From contig MU619256.1 in NCBI GenBank assembly GCA_025201805.1, positions 246,333 to 310,332 on the forward strand: DNA of 64,000 bases, written 5' to 3'. The notes beneath the pieces were generated by a model. It had not been told where the DNA came from, searched no databases, and saw only the letters and a program-made list of their open reading frames with translations. Below are positions 36,682-49,317 of this stretch, piece after piece; position 1 is the stretch's first letter, and every line of letters starts with the position of its first letter. A program made the position numbers and the translations under genes. The DNA is from Parasitella parasitica NRRL 2501. Its lineage: Eukaryota; Fungi; Mucoromycota.

Positions 36682-38055
36682 ATGGTTGCTGAATCAAAAT
36701 ATTATGATATTTTAGGTGTTGATCCTAATGCTAGCGAAGCAGATCTCAAGAAAGCTTACAGGAAACTTGCTTTAAAGTATCATCCTGATAAGGTAAACAC
36801 GGTTTAATAGTATTACGACGGTAAACTGGAAACTATCTAACGTTGAATCTACAAATACTCGTAGAATCCAAATGCCGGAGACCAATTCAAGGAAATCTCC
36901 CATGCGTACGAGGTCTTATCCGATCCTGAAAAGAGAGAAATGTATGATCAATATGGTGAAGAGGGTCTCAGTGGTCAAGGTGGCGGCCATGGTGGTATGA
37001 ATGCCGAAGACTTGTTTTCTCAATTCTTTGGAGGTGCTAGTAGTATGGGAGGAGGCGGCTTCTTTGGAGGCATGGGAGGTGGTCGCCGTGGTCCTCAGGG
37101 TCCTCGCCGTGGTAAGGACGTTATGCATACACTGAAGGTTAGCCTCGAGGAACTATTCTGTGGAAAGACCAGCAAGCTTGCTATCATAAAGAATGTCCTT
37201 TGTAGCGGATGCGATGGTAGAGGTGGTAAAGAAGGTGCTGTTAAGACATGCGGCTCATGTAAAGGTCAAGGTATCCGTTTGTTCTTTCGTCAAGTGGGTC
37301 CTATGACGCAGCAAATACGACAACATGTAAGTAATTTTTTTTTATTGAACGAAAGGTTGGCTAATTCTGTAAAGTGTGAGGATTGTCATGCTACTGGTGA
37401 GGTTATCAGCGACAAGGATCGCTGTAAGCAATGTATAGGCAAGAAGATCACAAGCGAAAGAAAGATTTTGGAAGTACATATCGATCGTGGTATGGCTCCT
37501 GGCCAAACCATCACTTTTGCTGGTGAAGGGGACCAAGCCCCTGGAATTACTCCCGGTGACATTATCATCAAAATCGACCAAAAGGATCACCCTCACTTTA
37601 CTCGCAAAGGCAATGATCTTGTCTATAACGCCAAGATTGACTTATTGACTGCATTAGCTGGTGGTCAATTTCCTATTCCTTTCCTTGATGATAGCATTCT
37701 CTTAGTTAACGTGATTCCTGGTGAAGCTATTCAACCCAATATGGAAAAGCTTGTACCTCATCATGGTATGCCTATTCATCGCCATGGTGGGCATGGCCAC
37801 CTTTTAATCAAATTTACCATCGAATTTCCTGGACCAGATTGGGCCATTGATGAGAAAAAATTGAAGGAATTGGAGAGAATTTTGCCCGCTCGCAAAAGCA
37901 CTGAACATCCACTTGGAAATAGACACGTTGAGGAGGTTGTCTTGGCTGACGCTGATTCTTACCAACGCAAGGCTGGGTCAAACGTATATGATGATGAGTA
38001 TGAAAATGAGGGCCATCAACACGGCGGTGGTGGCGTTCAGTGCGCTCAGCAATAA
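36682..38055 (+). CDS. YDJ1: Type I Hsp40/DnaJ (Ydj1/Mas5-like) with CaaX box; 3 exons
   Basis: [13 protein letters not shown]...KYHPDK (J domain); G/F region; four CxxCxGxG-type zinc repeats; C-terminal CAQQ. Confidence 0.95.
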
Positions 38056-38154
38056 TCTAGACAATGTATACAACATATTCCCATCATTGACGCAAAAAAA
38101 TAAATTAATTAAAAACAAGGAAAGCCACGCTGGTGTGCATGTTTGATTTATTGA

Positions 38155-40253
38155 CTACAACTTGGCCTCCACAGACGGGGCCATTGAAGCAGGAATTTCG
38201 ACATCTAAACCACTCAAACAAAGCTGAGCATAGGTTTTACCTTGTCTGTCAACCACCAGAGAGCTGAGACCACCGCCTCCAAGGGAGTGCGTCAGAACAA
38301 AGTTCAAGGCATTGGGACCAGGCAATTCGAAACGAGTGACAGTGCCTTTGCATAAATGCTTCATGTAAGCAGTAACTGCCTTTGCAGTGATAGAGCGCTT
38401 TATGTAGGGTAGATATTTAGGGTCACGAGCAATGATACCCACGTTGCAGACATCTCCCTTATCGCCGCTACGGCCATATGCGACATTGATCAAGCGAGTC
38501 TTGACAAGAGGGCCAGTGAGGTCGGCTTCAGGTATCGCAGGGACAGAAGTAGGTTGGCTATAGGTGGCATTATTATCCCAGGCGCCCCAGGCAACTGTCT
38601 TGATAGCACTCTTTCCGACAATATAGCTTGTTTTAACTTGTGTCTTGGGGATCAATAATGGAAAATGAACCATGTTTGGAACTGGTTTTGGACGTCCAGC
38701 ACCCCCTCCTGTAATTCCCGGAGCCATGCAAGTTGCAGACTACAAAATAATATGCATTTGGGTTAGTTATTTGACGTACTTTTTTATACGACGATTTGTG
38801 ATTCTTACGGGGATTGTTTCCAATGCAACAAGTCCTAACGCTTTGGGGTCATCGTGATGGGCGGTTAGCCTCATCATGACTTCGCGCGTGTCATTAGCTC
38901 TTGAATGGGGACTATAATACATACGTTCAGATCACAGTATGGCAAGATACATCAAGGAAACATACCCAAAAAGAGACTCGCCGCCGAGAGCTTCAACATT
39001 TACGTTTCTGAAACCTGGAATGCCCATTTTTTTGTATATGACTTCAACTCGTTTGACAATGGCTTCGCCGACAGCATGAGCCTTCTTTTTAGCATCAACG
39101 CCTCCAATCAGCATCTCACCAGTGATTTTCCAACCATCCAAGAAGATGCCCGAGCATTTGAGGTAAGGCGTGGGTTTTAGACCTTTAGCACCGGTAACAA
39201 GCACACGGTTATTACCTACTTGAGACAGTTTAATCTGACGCATATCCAAGATAACATCTGGCAACAGGTACAACGATGGATCTAGAATCTCGTACAAAAT
39301 CTGTTCTGACACAGTAGCAGGAGTAACCAATCCTCCGGTTTTCTCAGGCTTTGTCACGACAAATGAGCCCGATATGTCGAACTCGACAATAGGGTAACCC
39401 ATATTAGAATATCCGCCAAATGGCGACTGAGCTGCCAAATGCCAGTCTGTAAAGTTACCGCCCGTAGCATGACAACCGCACTCTATAACATGGCCTGCTA
39501 ATGAAGCAGACGCCATCAGATCATAGTAGTTGGCAGTTTTTCCTTCTTCCCAACCATATTCGTACATTAGCGGAGCGACAACAAGAGCAGAATCAACTAC
39601 ACGGCCAGTAACGATGATCTGGGCGCCTTCCTTTAACGCAGCAGCAATAGCATTGGCACCCAGGTATGCATTCAAAGACACAATAGGCTCGTCCTTGTCC
39701 GGTAAGCGATCTGAATCTTTAGTATGGTCGACTGAAGAGATGGTCGAGAAAGAGTGAATATCCTTAAATCCAGCTAAGGTACGATCTTCTTTATCGGCCA
39801 AGACGTCATCGCCGACAACAGCAGCGACACGAACGTCTTTGATATTGAGTTTCTCTAGTAATGCCTCGATGGCTTCTTTGCATCCTATTGGGTCCAATCC
39901 TCCAGCATTGGTGATAACCTTGGTTCCATTCTTGACCAACTGAGGCAGGTTTTTGCTTAACACACGGCTAAGAAATTCTGCAATGTAATCCTCGCCTTTG
40001 TCAGCCTTTCCGCTCATGATGCGACGTTGACGACGAGCAGCCAAGATACCCATAGTGATTTCTAAATACAATGCCAAAATAAGCCAATGTCTTTGCTAAA
40101 ATGCAATGGCCATTTTTTACCCGCTAAATAGTCAGCAACAAGATAGTCCAAGTTTTTTCCTTCATGCTCAATTAGCTGATCAGCAGCAAATGCAGAGTCG
40201 CCCCAAAATGCAGAATAGCAGCCGATACGGATAGGACGATTTTGAAAAGACAT
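38155..40253 (-). CDS. AtuA / DUF1446 (acyclic terpene utilisation) family protein ending in the PTS1 tripeptide AKL; 4 exons
   Basis: [26 protein letters not shown]; ITNAGGLDP; NAYLGA; [11 protein letters not shown]; [15 protein letters not shown]; EQILYEI.DP..Y..PDV; [10 protein letters not shown]; SL..DRQGK; ends EAKL*. Confidence 0.9.
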
Positions 40254-41221
40254 GATGAAAATGAAGAAAATATGTAAACTGTGAGAGATGCGTGCCTTGG
40301 TATATATACAGCACAATAGCACAAAAAATTGGGGTGAGAAAAGTTAAAGCATTTTCTGCGTGCAATCCTAGTGGGAAAGGCACATGGTGGAACTACAATT
40401 TGAATGAGCGATGGCAATTCATTTTGATTTGGATGTTTCTGTTGCATACAATTGACTGGGCGTTCTGTTTTATGGCGTACTAGATTAGTCTGAAGCGATC
40501 TTACCCGGTTAAACATTCGATGCTTGGTCCGTCTTTTTCTAAAAAGAACAATGAACAGTAGTGCCAATTCGTTGAATTTAAGATTTTTCGCCATTTTTGC
40601 TCCAATAGTCGGCTGGCAATAATATTTTTTGAGAAAGCCAACAAGAGATCATTTGCATTGAAATAACAGCAATCAGACTGTATAGATTTTTGAAGTACAA
40701 TGAACACTTTTTGGGATGTATTCTATTGCTTAATGTAGATCAATATGCATTATCCAAGAGTTGAAATCGTTAAATAACTGTTCAAAGAAGAGGAATGGGA
40801 ACGGATTAATTGATTTTATACTAGCCAAAAAAAAACCGCAAGTCTCTAGACAAATGATCTGACATTTACATCCAATGGCGGCGGCCAATCCTCAAAGTTC
40901 TCAATGTTCAAGTCCTCATCTTGAAGGCGCAGATTGCTTTTATTCTAGCAGAATATAATACAAGTAGGAAAGAGACATTTAGTGGTATATGTTTGATGGT
41001 TGGATACAATGATGATGCATGTGATTGCTGGAGATCCGGCTTCAGAAAGATGCAAATCATTATTATCGGCTGTTTCCACTCTTCATTGTAATTGGCGTTG
41101 CGATTATTACTGCAGCAATGATATCTGAGACACAGCAAAAAAAAAGCTATATAAGTGCAAATGAAAACAACCATTTATTTTTTCGAACACTCTTAAAATT
41201 ATTTGTAATAGCAAATACAAA

Positions 41222-42009
41222 ATGGCTGATGTAAAATGGTTTTTTATTAAGCATTTAAACACAAATAAAGCAATTGCTTCTTGCTCCTATGACGACAATA
41301 ACAATTTGATGAGATCGCAAGTGGTTGTTACTAAGCCAATGCACACTGACAACGAATTATGGTGCTGGGATGACCAGCAACTTCGAAATAAAAGCACAAA
41401 CCTAGTGCTTGATATTCGTAAGGGTAGGTTCTTGCCATGACAATGTCTGTTGAAAAAAAAAAAGACCTTGCTGTTAATTTGCAGCCATATCAAAATCTAG
41501 GCAGATTGCGTTTTATGGAGGATACAGAAATATGCCTTTATTATAAAAAGTCAGAGCAAGATTCTCAAAATCAATTATGGGCTGTCCAAACCGAGCCTCG
41601 ACCTGCTCAACACCCATTAGTAAGACGACGATCGTCGCAAGAGTCTCCCAAAGGATGCGTCATTCATTCCGTTGCCAATAGCGATTGGGTACTGGATGTA
41701 TGCCCTGAAGGCCAAAAACTTATTCTATTCCCATATCATCAAGATTTAAATCATCAGCAAAGATGGATCTTCACACCAGAAAAAGATGTATGCTCGACAG
41801 AAAAGTCTACTGCGTTGTTTGACATTAAGGCAAAAGATCCATATTCATATTACGAAGCATACTATACCAATCCCAACTGGGCAAGCAGTACTAGTATCAG
41901 TGGTAGCTCATTTTCTTCTGATGGCTCGACAGAATTTGCCCATGGCTTATCTCCTGCCAAAAGATCGTTTTCTCAATCTTCCCAGACGTCTAGCCGCGAA
42001 AACAGCTGA
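41222..42009 (+). CDS. Ricin-B (beta-trefoil) lectin-domain protein; 2 exons
   Basis: WFFIKH; NELW; LRNKSTNLVLDIRKG; NQLW; IHSVANSDWVLDV; HQQRW (QxW repeats); intron 41423-41500. Confidence 0.8.
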
Positions 42010-42328
42010 ATCGCTTACATTTGAATCCATCTCATACGTATAAATTTTGTAATTTTTCATCTAAATAAACCTTTCCAATCAGTGCATGTATAATTAAAAG
42101 ACAAATCCAATGTAATTCCTAAGAAGAACTTAATTTTATTAGATTACAATATCGAATTTGTTGTAGATGTTTATGTGCGATTTTTGGTGCGTGTCTGCAT
42201 GTGATTTGGTGGTGTGCGTCGTTGTTGAGTCCAATTTGAAGGTGGTTTGATTACTACACATCTGCATCCTGCTATCAAATAATAAACACTCCTACATTTC
42301 AAGCTGGTATTTTATATACATTCTATGA

Positions 42329-42699
42329 TTAATTGGCAGCATCTTGCTTGAATTTCTTGGCTAATTCCATCCAAGGTTTAGGGGCTTGTGGCATCAGGTC
42401 AGCCTATATTGCATGAAAACGTCAACACAGTAGTATAATGGCACCATCCTTTAACGCATTACCTTGACTAGCAATTTCTCAACAGATTCTGAAGGTTGAG
42501 CACCAACAGTTAACCAATATTTAGCACGCTCGAAGTTCAAGTTGATTAATTTGTTGCCTGACTCGTCAGCAATAGGGTTATATGTGCCGATCTTTTCGAT
42601 GGGCTTGCTATTGCGTCCAGTTCGTGCATTAGCAACAACAATTTGATAAAATGGCAAATTGCGGCGACCGTGACGAGCAAGACGAATACGAACAACCAT
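42329..42699 (-). CDS. MRPS16: Mitochondrial ribosomal protein bS16m; 2 exons
   Basis: MVVRIRLARHGRRNLPFYQIVVANARTGRNSKPIEKIGTYNP...ERAKYWLTVGAQPSESV, spliced to ADLMPQAPKPW. Confidence 0.95.
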
Positions 42700-44501
42700 C
42701 TTGTAATATATAAAGTGTTGATCAAACAGAAAAAATAAAGAGGTAGGTCCCTTGCTTGACAAGAATCCCCCGTACAAACATGGTCAATGGTGGTCACTTG
42801 TCTCACAGCGGTCACTGAGCTCTTTTGAGTTCTGAAAACTTTGAAGGGTTGTTTATAGCTGTTTGTTACATGCTAAATTAGATTATCCACTCTAGACTTG
42901 AACTATTGATTGTCATGTCAATAATCTTGCTTTTCGTTTTACAAAACCACTTTTTTTTAACAAAAATATTCTTTGTCAAAAAGCAACAGTGCAATCATTT
43001 ATATGAGCGGTTATCAAAAACAGAACCTGTAAATCGATCCTAGAACGCTCGTGACAATAATGGCAAATGTTAACATCCACATCTGGTGTTCGAAGCCTCG
43101 CATAGTGCATAATTTGGTATCTTGTAAACAAAAATGCTGTCATAATAATAATACGTGTGAGTAATGGCTTTGCTATTTTGAGAAATTGGTTTGGGGCATA
43201 GATTGGCTAGCAACCATTAAACATTGATAACATTACATATAGCCGCATTGCCAAATAGTTCACCACTTGAAAATAATTTAAACTGATGGTTTAGCTGTAC
43301 TCGTTTTTTTTACGGTTAACGAATACAACAATCACTACTGATGCTCAAAGATACATGCATACTGCATGTTGTCGAAACTGAAGTTGATTTTGACAAATAT
43401 ACTTGAATTATTTAATTATGTGGATTAACAATACTATATTGTTGACTGCAATCCAGTGGCAGATCAACAGCAAGATAGCACCCACCAGTACAAACCTAGC
43501 TATTACTGGCTATTTCGTTTCTAATCACTCGAGCTTTAGCATCGCCAAGCAAAAAAACACCAAAATAACGTAATGGTTTCATTATATGATGCATACAATT
43601 GCAGCAGTTGTCTTGATCTCTGCCAAAGAAGGAAATTACTATGAAGACAGAAAATTTAGTGCAAATTCTTTTACAAAGACTTAAAATTAATACAATGAAT
43701 TTCTAGAAACAAGCTACGATACATAAATCTGCTAGCCAAGCAGGTGTCCAAAAATAATACAATAATGAAGCAGATGCAAGTATCAATCTCCCTAATTCTT
43801 ACAATGAAATAGCAAAGTAAGAATGATTGAAATACTTTTTTTTTCCCAAAATAACTACAATAAATTCACATGTACGAAAAGCTTGGAGTTGATCTCTCTG
43901 ATCTTCGGAGAAATGAATCAAAAAATCAAAAAATAACACGATTGAGTTGTCGTGGTCAGGCAATCTGCCTTTGTTTTATCGTAGACTAGGTTTTACTATT
44001 CAATTCTTCACATAATTTTAAAAATAGAAAAGCCTTCGAAAATAAGATAGATGAATGATTTTAACATGTCCATACAGAGTACATTTTTATTAGCGTTTTT
44101 TTCTCTATTATAAGTAGACCTTCTTCTGAAACAGGTTAATGTTTATCATCAACAAAGATACCCTGAATCCTCCCGAGTCATTCACAGCAACTCACTTTTC
44201 TCTTTAAATCGTGGAAAAATAATGCAGCATATTATTGCTTCTATCATTTCGAAACAAAACAGATGTACTTCTCACCAAAAAATAAATAAATAAAACACGC
44301 TGCGAATGTAATCAGATGTTGTAATAAAAGTCTGCAGTAATTTAATATGCTTAATTAACCTAGTGCTGGCACGTATTTGCCGCCAAACAATAAAAGCTTT
44401 AATTAGGGTTTCGATTTATTATTTATTTAAAGGCATTGTTATGTTATGTAGATCAACCAATCTGGAATGACACCGTTAATAACTATAATGCACTTATGCC
44501 A

Positions 44502-44507
44502 CACGTG
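44502..44507. promoter_or_regulatory. CACGTG E-box (Pho4-type site) about 260 bp upstream of the phosphate transporter
   Basis: ccaCACGTGttg; TATATAAAA near 44631. The hexamer also occurs elsewhere in the window. Confidence 0.35.
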
Positions 44508-44768
44508 TTGTCTTGTGGGTACCATTCAAGCCAATCATTGCATGTTTCTTGAAGGAGATGCAGGCTACACAACCCGGAGCATTTTGGTGCCTTTGTACAT
44601 AATCGTTTCTTTAGACTCCATCTTCGAAAATATATAAAATGAAGCGAGAAATCCTTCAAATTAACAAACAGTTCTTTTCTCAATCAATCTTCTTTCTTGA
44701 TCTCTTTTCCACAAAACTTTTTTTTTACTTCCGTATCTTTCACAAATAACTCTCCTTAATCTTCCAAA

Positions 44769-47131
44769 ATGAAGTTCTCCCATTCACTGCAATTCAATGC
44801 GGTACCTGACTGGACCGAACATTATGTAGCGTAAGTTATCAGTATGTAATGCCTTATGTTCTGGCTCTGATGAAAAAAAACAACATAAATAGTTACGATC
44901 AATTGAGAAAGTTGATTTTCCAAATTGAAAAGGACAAGGTGGATGCTGTCAACAATGCCATTGATCCCGAGAAGGAAGTGGCTTCAAATGCTCAAAATCA
45001 AGACAAATTCTTAGCTCAACTCGATTTGCAACTTGAAAAAGTGTTCGACTTCTACTCTCAAAAGGAAGCTGAGCTTTACAACAAATTGGATAGTCTTCGG
45101 CATTCTATGTCCAATCATACCTCCTATGAACTTGAAAATCTCAATTACAATACTCCTCTTTCCAGCTTAGATTCCACTGTCAATCTGCCCAATAGCACAA
45201 GCTCCATCGATGAGAAGACCGCTAGAATGTCTTTTGAATCTCACATGTCTACCGCATCCAAAGACACCCACCACGTTAACTATGTGGAAAAGTTGGTTGA
45301 TCTCCGAAGCCAGCTCATTTCATTGTATGTCTGCTTATCCGAGCTCGACTCCTACGTAGAATTGAATCGCATGGCTTTCGAAAAGATCCTAAAGAAGCAT
45401 GACAAGGTTCTTGACTCTGATCTAAGAGCACAATACCTGCGAAAGATGGTGTGTGAGTCTAGACCTTTCATGCCCCAAACTGTTCAAGTACTCCACGCTC
45501 AAATCGAAAGAGTCGAACACATTTATGCAGATGCATTTTGCAACGGGCATTTGGCTCTTGCCGTACGTCAAATGAAGACAAATTTGCGCGATCAGATTGT
45601 TTACGATCGTAATTCTGTATGGAAAGATATGGTCGGTCAAGAGCGCAAAACCTTAGATGCCCACGTTAAAGAGAGTAAGCCCGAGAAATTTTACAATATA
45701 CCGCTCACCAGCCACAAGATTCGCGCCGAGTTGCTCAACACTATTTTTGCTTGCTCATTCTCTACCATCTTATTTATCATCTTGCTCTGCGTGGATCTCT
45801 TTGGCAACCGCCAAGAAAACTATTGCTTTGCCCTGCTTATCTTTGCTGCTGTCATGTGGGCTACAGAAGCCATTCCTCTTTATGCTACTTCTCTCATGGT
45901 CCCTTTCCTGATTATACCCTTAGGCATCATGCGCAATGCTGACGGAACTCAAATGGCTGCAAAGGCTGCTTCAAAAGCTGTCTTTGAGCACATGTTTAGT
46001 GGAACAATCATGATGTTGCTGGGTGGGTTCTCGCTCGCTGCTGCTCTCTCAAAGTACGGTATTGCCAAGGCATTTGCTTCTCATGTATTGTCTCGTGCTG
46101 GTACTCGCCCTCGTTGGGTCTTATTAGCTATTATGTCTGTTGCTGCCTTTTTATGCATGTTCATCTCAAATGTAGCTACTCCTGTACTTTGCTTTTCATT
46201 GATTAACCCTATTTTACGCACTTTGCCTGATGGTTCTCCTGTTGGACCCTGTCTCTTGCTTGGTATTGCATTGGCTAGCTGTATCGGTGGCATGGGCTCT
46301 CCTATTGCATCTCCTCAAAATATCATTACCGTTCAATACATGAATCCCAATCCTGGCTGGGGCATCTGGTTTGGTATTGCACTCCCAATCATCGTCATCA
46401 GTCTCCTTTGTTGTTGGGGTATCTTGTTGCTTGTATACAAGCCCGACAAAGCCGTGCCTCATTTGAACAAAGTCAAGCCTTCTCGCGATAAAATCACCAA
46501 AACTCAAGTTTTTATTATAGCAATTTTCCTGCTAACTATTGCTCTCTGGTGTGCTGAAACATCTCTTGAATATGCACTTGGCGACACTGGCATCATTGCA
46601 ACCATTCCTTTGTTTGTCTTTTTCGGTACTGGTATCCTCGGTAAAGATGATTTGCATGCTTTCCTTTGGTCAGTCATTGTCTTGGCTCAAGGCGGCTTGG
46701 CCCTTGGTATTGCTGTTACCTCCTCTGGTTTATTGGAAGATATCGCGCTTCATATCAAGGATGGTGTTAAGGATTTGGAGCCTATTGCTATTCTTGCTAT
46801 CTTTTCGTTCTTGATTTTGGTTTTCTCCACTTTTGTATCTCACACTGTCGCTGCTCTTATCATCGTACCTATTGTGCAACAAGTCGGCCAAAGTTTACCT
46901 GTTCCCCACCCCAACTTGCTGGTTATGGGCGCTGGTTTAGCTTGTTGCGCAGGAATGGGTTTACCTGTTTCTGGCTACCCCAATATGTCTGCTGTAATGA
47001 TGGAAGATCAAACTGGTAAACCTTACTTGAAGACAAAAGACTTTTTAATTGTTGGTGTCCCAACGAGTGTCATCGTTACACTGCTCATCTTTACTATCGG
47101 CTACGGTGTCATGGTTGGTGTTGGTTTCTAG
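44769..47131 (+). CDS. SPX-domain low-affinity phosphate transporter (Pho87/90/91, SLC13-like); 2 exons
   Basis: MKFSHSLQFNAVPDW..HY..YDQLRK (SPX); LNRMAFEKILKKHDK; WATEAIPL; MFISNVATP; SPIASPQN; LPVSGYPN; many TM helices. Confidence 0.95.
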
Positions 47132-48278
47132 GTACTTGCCCTGACCTTCTTCTACTCTTTGTAATATAGACATATATTTCTCCAAATTTATAAAATGTAT
47201 ATAATAAAAATGCTTCTATCATGCATAGTTGTAATTTGTTCAAAATCACTGTTAACCATTGCCATATTTTGTGTCGTTTTGCGGGTAACTTCTGCATTTC
47301 TCCTAGTAACAATAATGCATGCATATATCAAGTGTTGCGTTGTATACATGCTGTAAATACAACGATGAAAAACATGTGTAATATGCCATGTATAACTGTG
47401 ATCACATATTTCCACATTATATGTATGTTGAACAAACAAAATGTAATTAGCGGTTACATACAATAAATAATCAATATGTACTTGCACCTTCACGCTCATA
47501 ATGTCTCAGGACATTATCGTGTATCATATATCGCCTGCAAATAATGCTTCTGGCAATCTTGAGTATCGAGAGACTTATATTGTAATAATAGCCGCATTTT
47601 GTAGATTATTTTTAATCAGACTATTTCATATTTCATCTAGGAAGTGTAGGCCTGGACACAAAATGTAAATGATTAATCACCATATTCGGAATAGAGGTGT
47701 GGAGTATAATCAAGGATTTTTATTTCTACATGAAAAATATCAATCGGTGATATTTCTAGTTAATTTATGTCATAAATCTTTTGTTCAAAACTTTTTTTTA
47801 TTTATTTCTATCTAGGGCCTAGCTTTCTCTTTTTTGACCATAACTTTTGCTAAATGGGCTGCCTTTAATTATGGTCATCCTATGTATATGTTATTCTTAC
47901 TGCACACCCAAAATATAAAAAGTCAAGAGTAAAAAGCCTTTAAATTTCCAGTATTTGCATAAAAGCATACAACTGATGTAAAAAATATTGCGCAAACTTG
48001 TGAACATGACTTTTACTCTTGATGTACCTATACATACCATTACATCTCTATTTAAATCAATTTTTACTTGAATAAATTTGAAAATATTTACGAAATAAAT
48101 AAACCTGATTTCAATAGCACTACTTTGGGCTAATCAAATATCTGCCAATTCTTTCAGCAATTCTGATTCAGGCATATAACATACACCGCAGTATATTGGA
48201 GCTCATGACTGCGGTAGGTCGGCCAAACATAAAATACAGTAAGCTTTCCTTCCTCTTTTGCTCAGCAAAAACGTAGCA

Positions 48279-49147
48279 ATGACTAAATCAGTTTTGAAAA
48301 AGATACCTAGCAAACTTCCCAAGATGATAGTATTCGACTTAGACTACACATTATGGCCAGAGTGGTATTGAACATAGTATGACAGATGATAAGTTTGAGC
48401 TCACGTCCTTTTCTTATTTTTGTAAACTTGTAGGATTGATTGTACAAGTGGTAAAGCAAATCAAAAATGATTTTTGTAAACTTGGAATTTTAATATTATT
48501 CTCGTCATATATAGGACCACCTTATGTTTATGACGAATTGTCAAACTCGGTTATTAACCCGTAAGACATTTAAAGTATTGCGCAGATTCTTCTTGATAGT
48601 CAACACCAAGTATAAATACAATTAGATCGGGAGAATCACTTGGGTTTTTTGAACATACAGCGACAATTATTGCTCTAGTCAAAGCATTTCCTGATATTCG
48701 AATTGGAATCGCATCGAGAACACATACGCCTGAATGGTAAAATTATTATTATTTTATTCAGCAACCAACATATATTCTAACGACGAGATGATCAGGGCAA
48801 AGAGCGCAATTGGACTTTTGCGTATTCCTGAACTCGATAACTCTACGCTGATGGAAAATGTTGATCATCTTGAAATTTATCCAGGCAGTAAATTAAAACA
48901 TTTCGAGTCTCTTTCCGAGAAATCAGGCATTGCTTGTAGCGATATGCTCTTTTTCGATGATGAAAGTAGAAATAGAGAGGTGTGTAAATTGGGAGTTCAT
49001 TTCGTACATGTAAACACAAAGACTGGAATCACACCATTCCAATTTGAAAATGCCTTGCATGCGTTTGCTACTAATTCCGGTTCAACACAGACAAAAATGG
49101 ACAGATTTTTTATCACCAGCAAAAGCAAACAGAAGTTGAAAAGTTAA
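48279..49147 (+). CDS. MDP1: Magnesium-dependent phosphatase 1 (HAD IIIC); 5 exons including a microexon of about 17 nt
   Basis: PKMIVFDLDYTLWPEW/IDCT; IGIASRTHTPEW; EIYPGSKLKHF; MLFFDDESRN. Confidence 0.92.
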
Positions 49148-49317
49148 CCCACGTGTTTAGATTGCATTGAATATAGATTTAAATGAAATATAGAGTACGT
49201 ATCTGTTAATATCGATCACTTTTAATTAATAAAGGTCCCGGGAAACATTGCGCAGTTGATTTTTCACCAAGCCAAGTTTTTAATGAATGACAAGATGCAT
49301 GTAGGAGTCGACATATA

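Noticed and set aside
47640-48120. AT-rich stretch with a MITE-like look
   Set aside because: No convincing terminal inverted repeats or target duplication.
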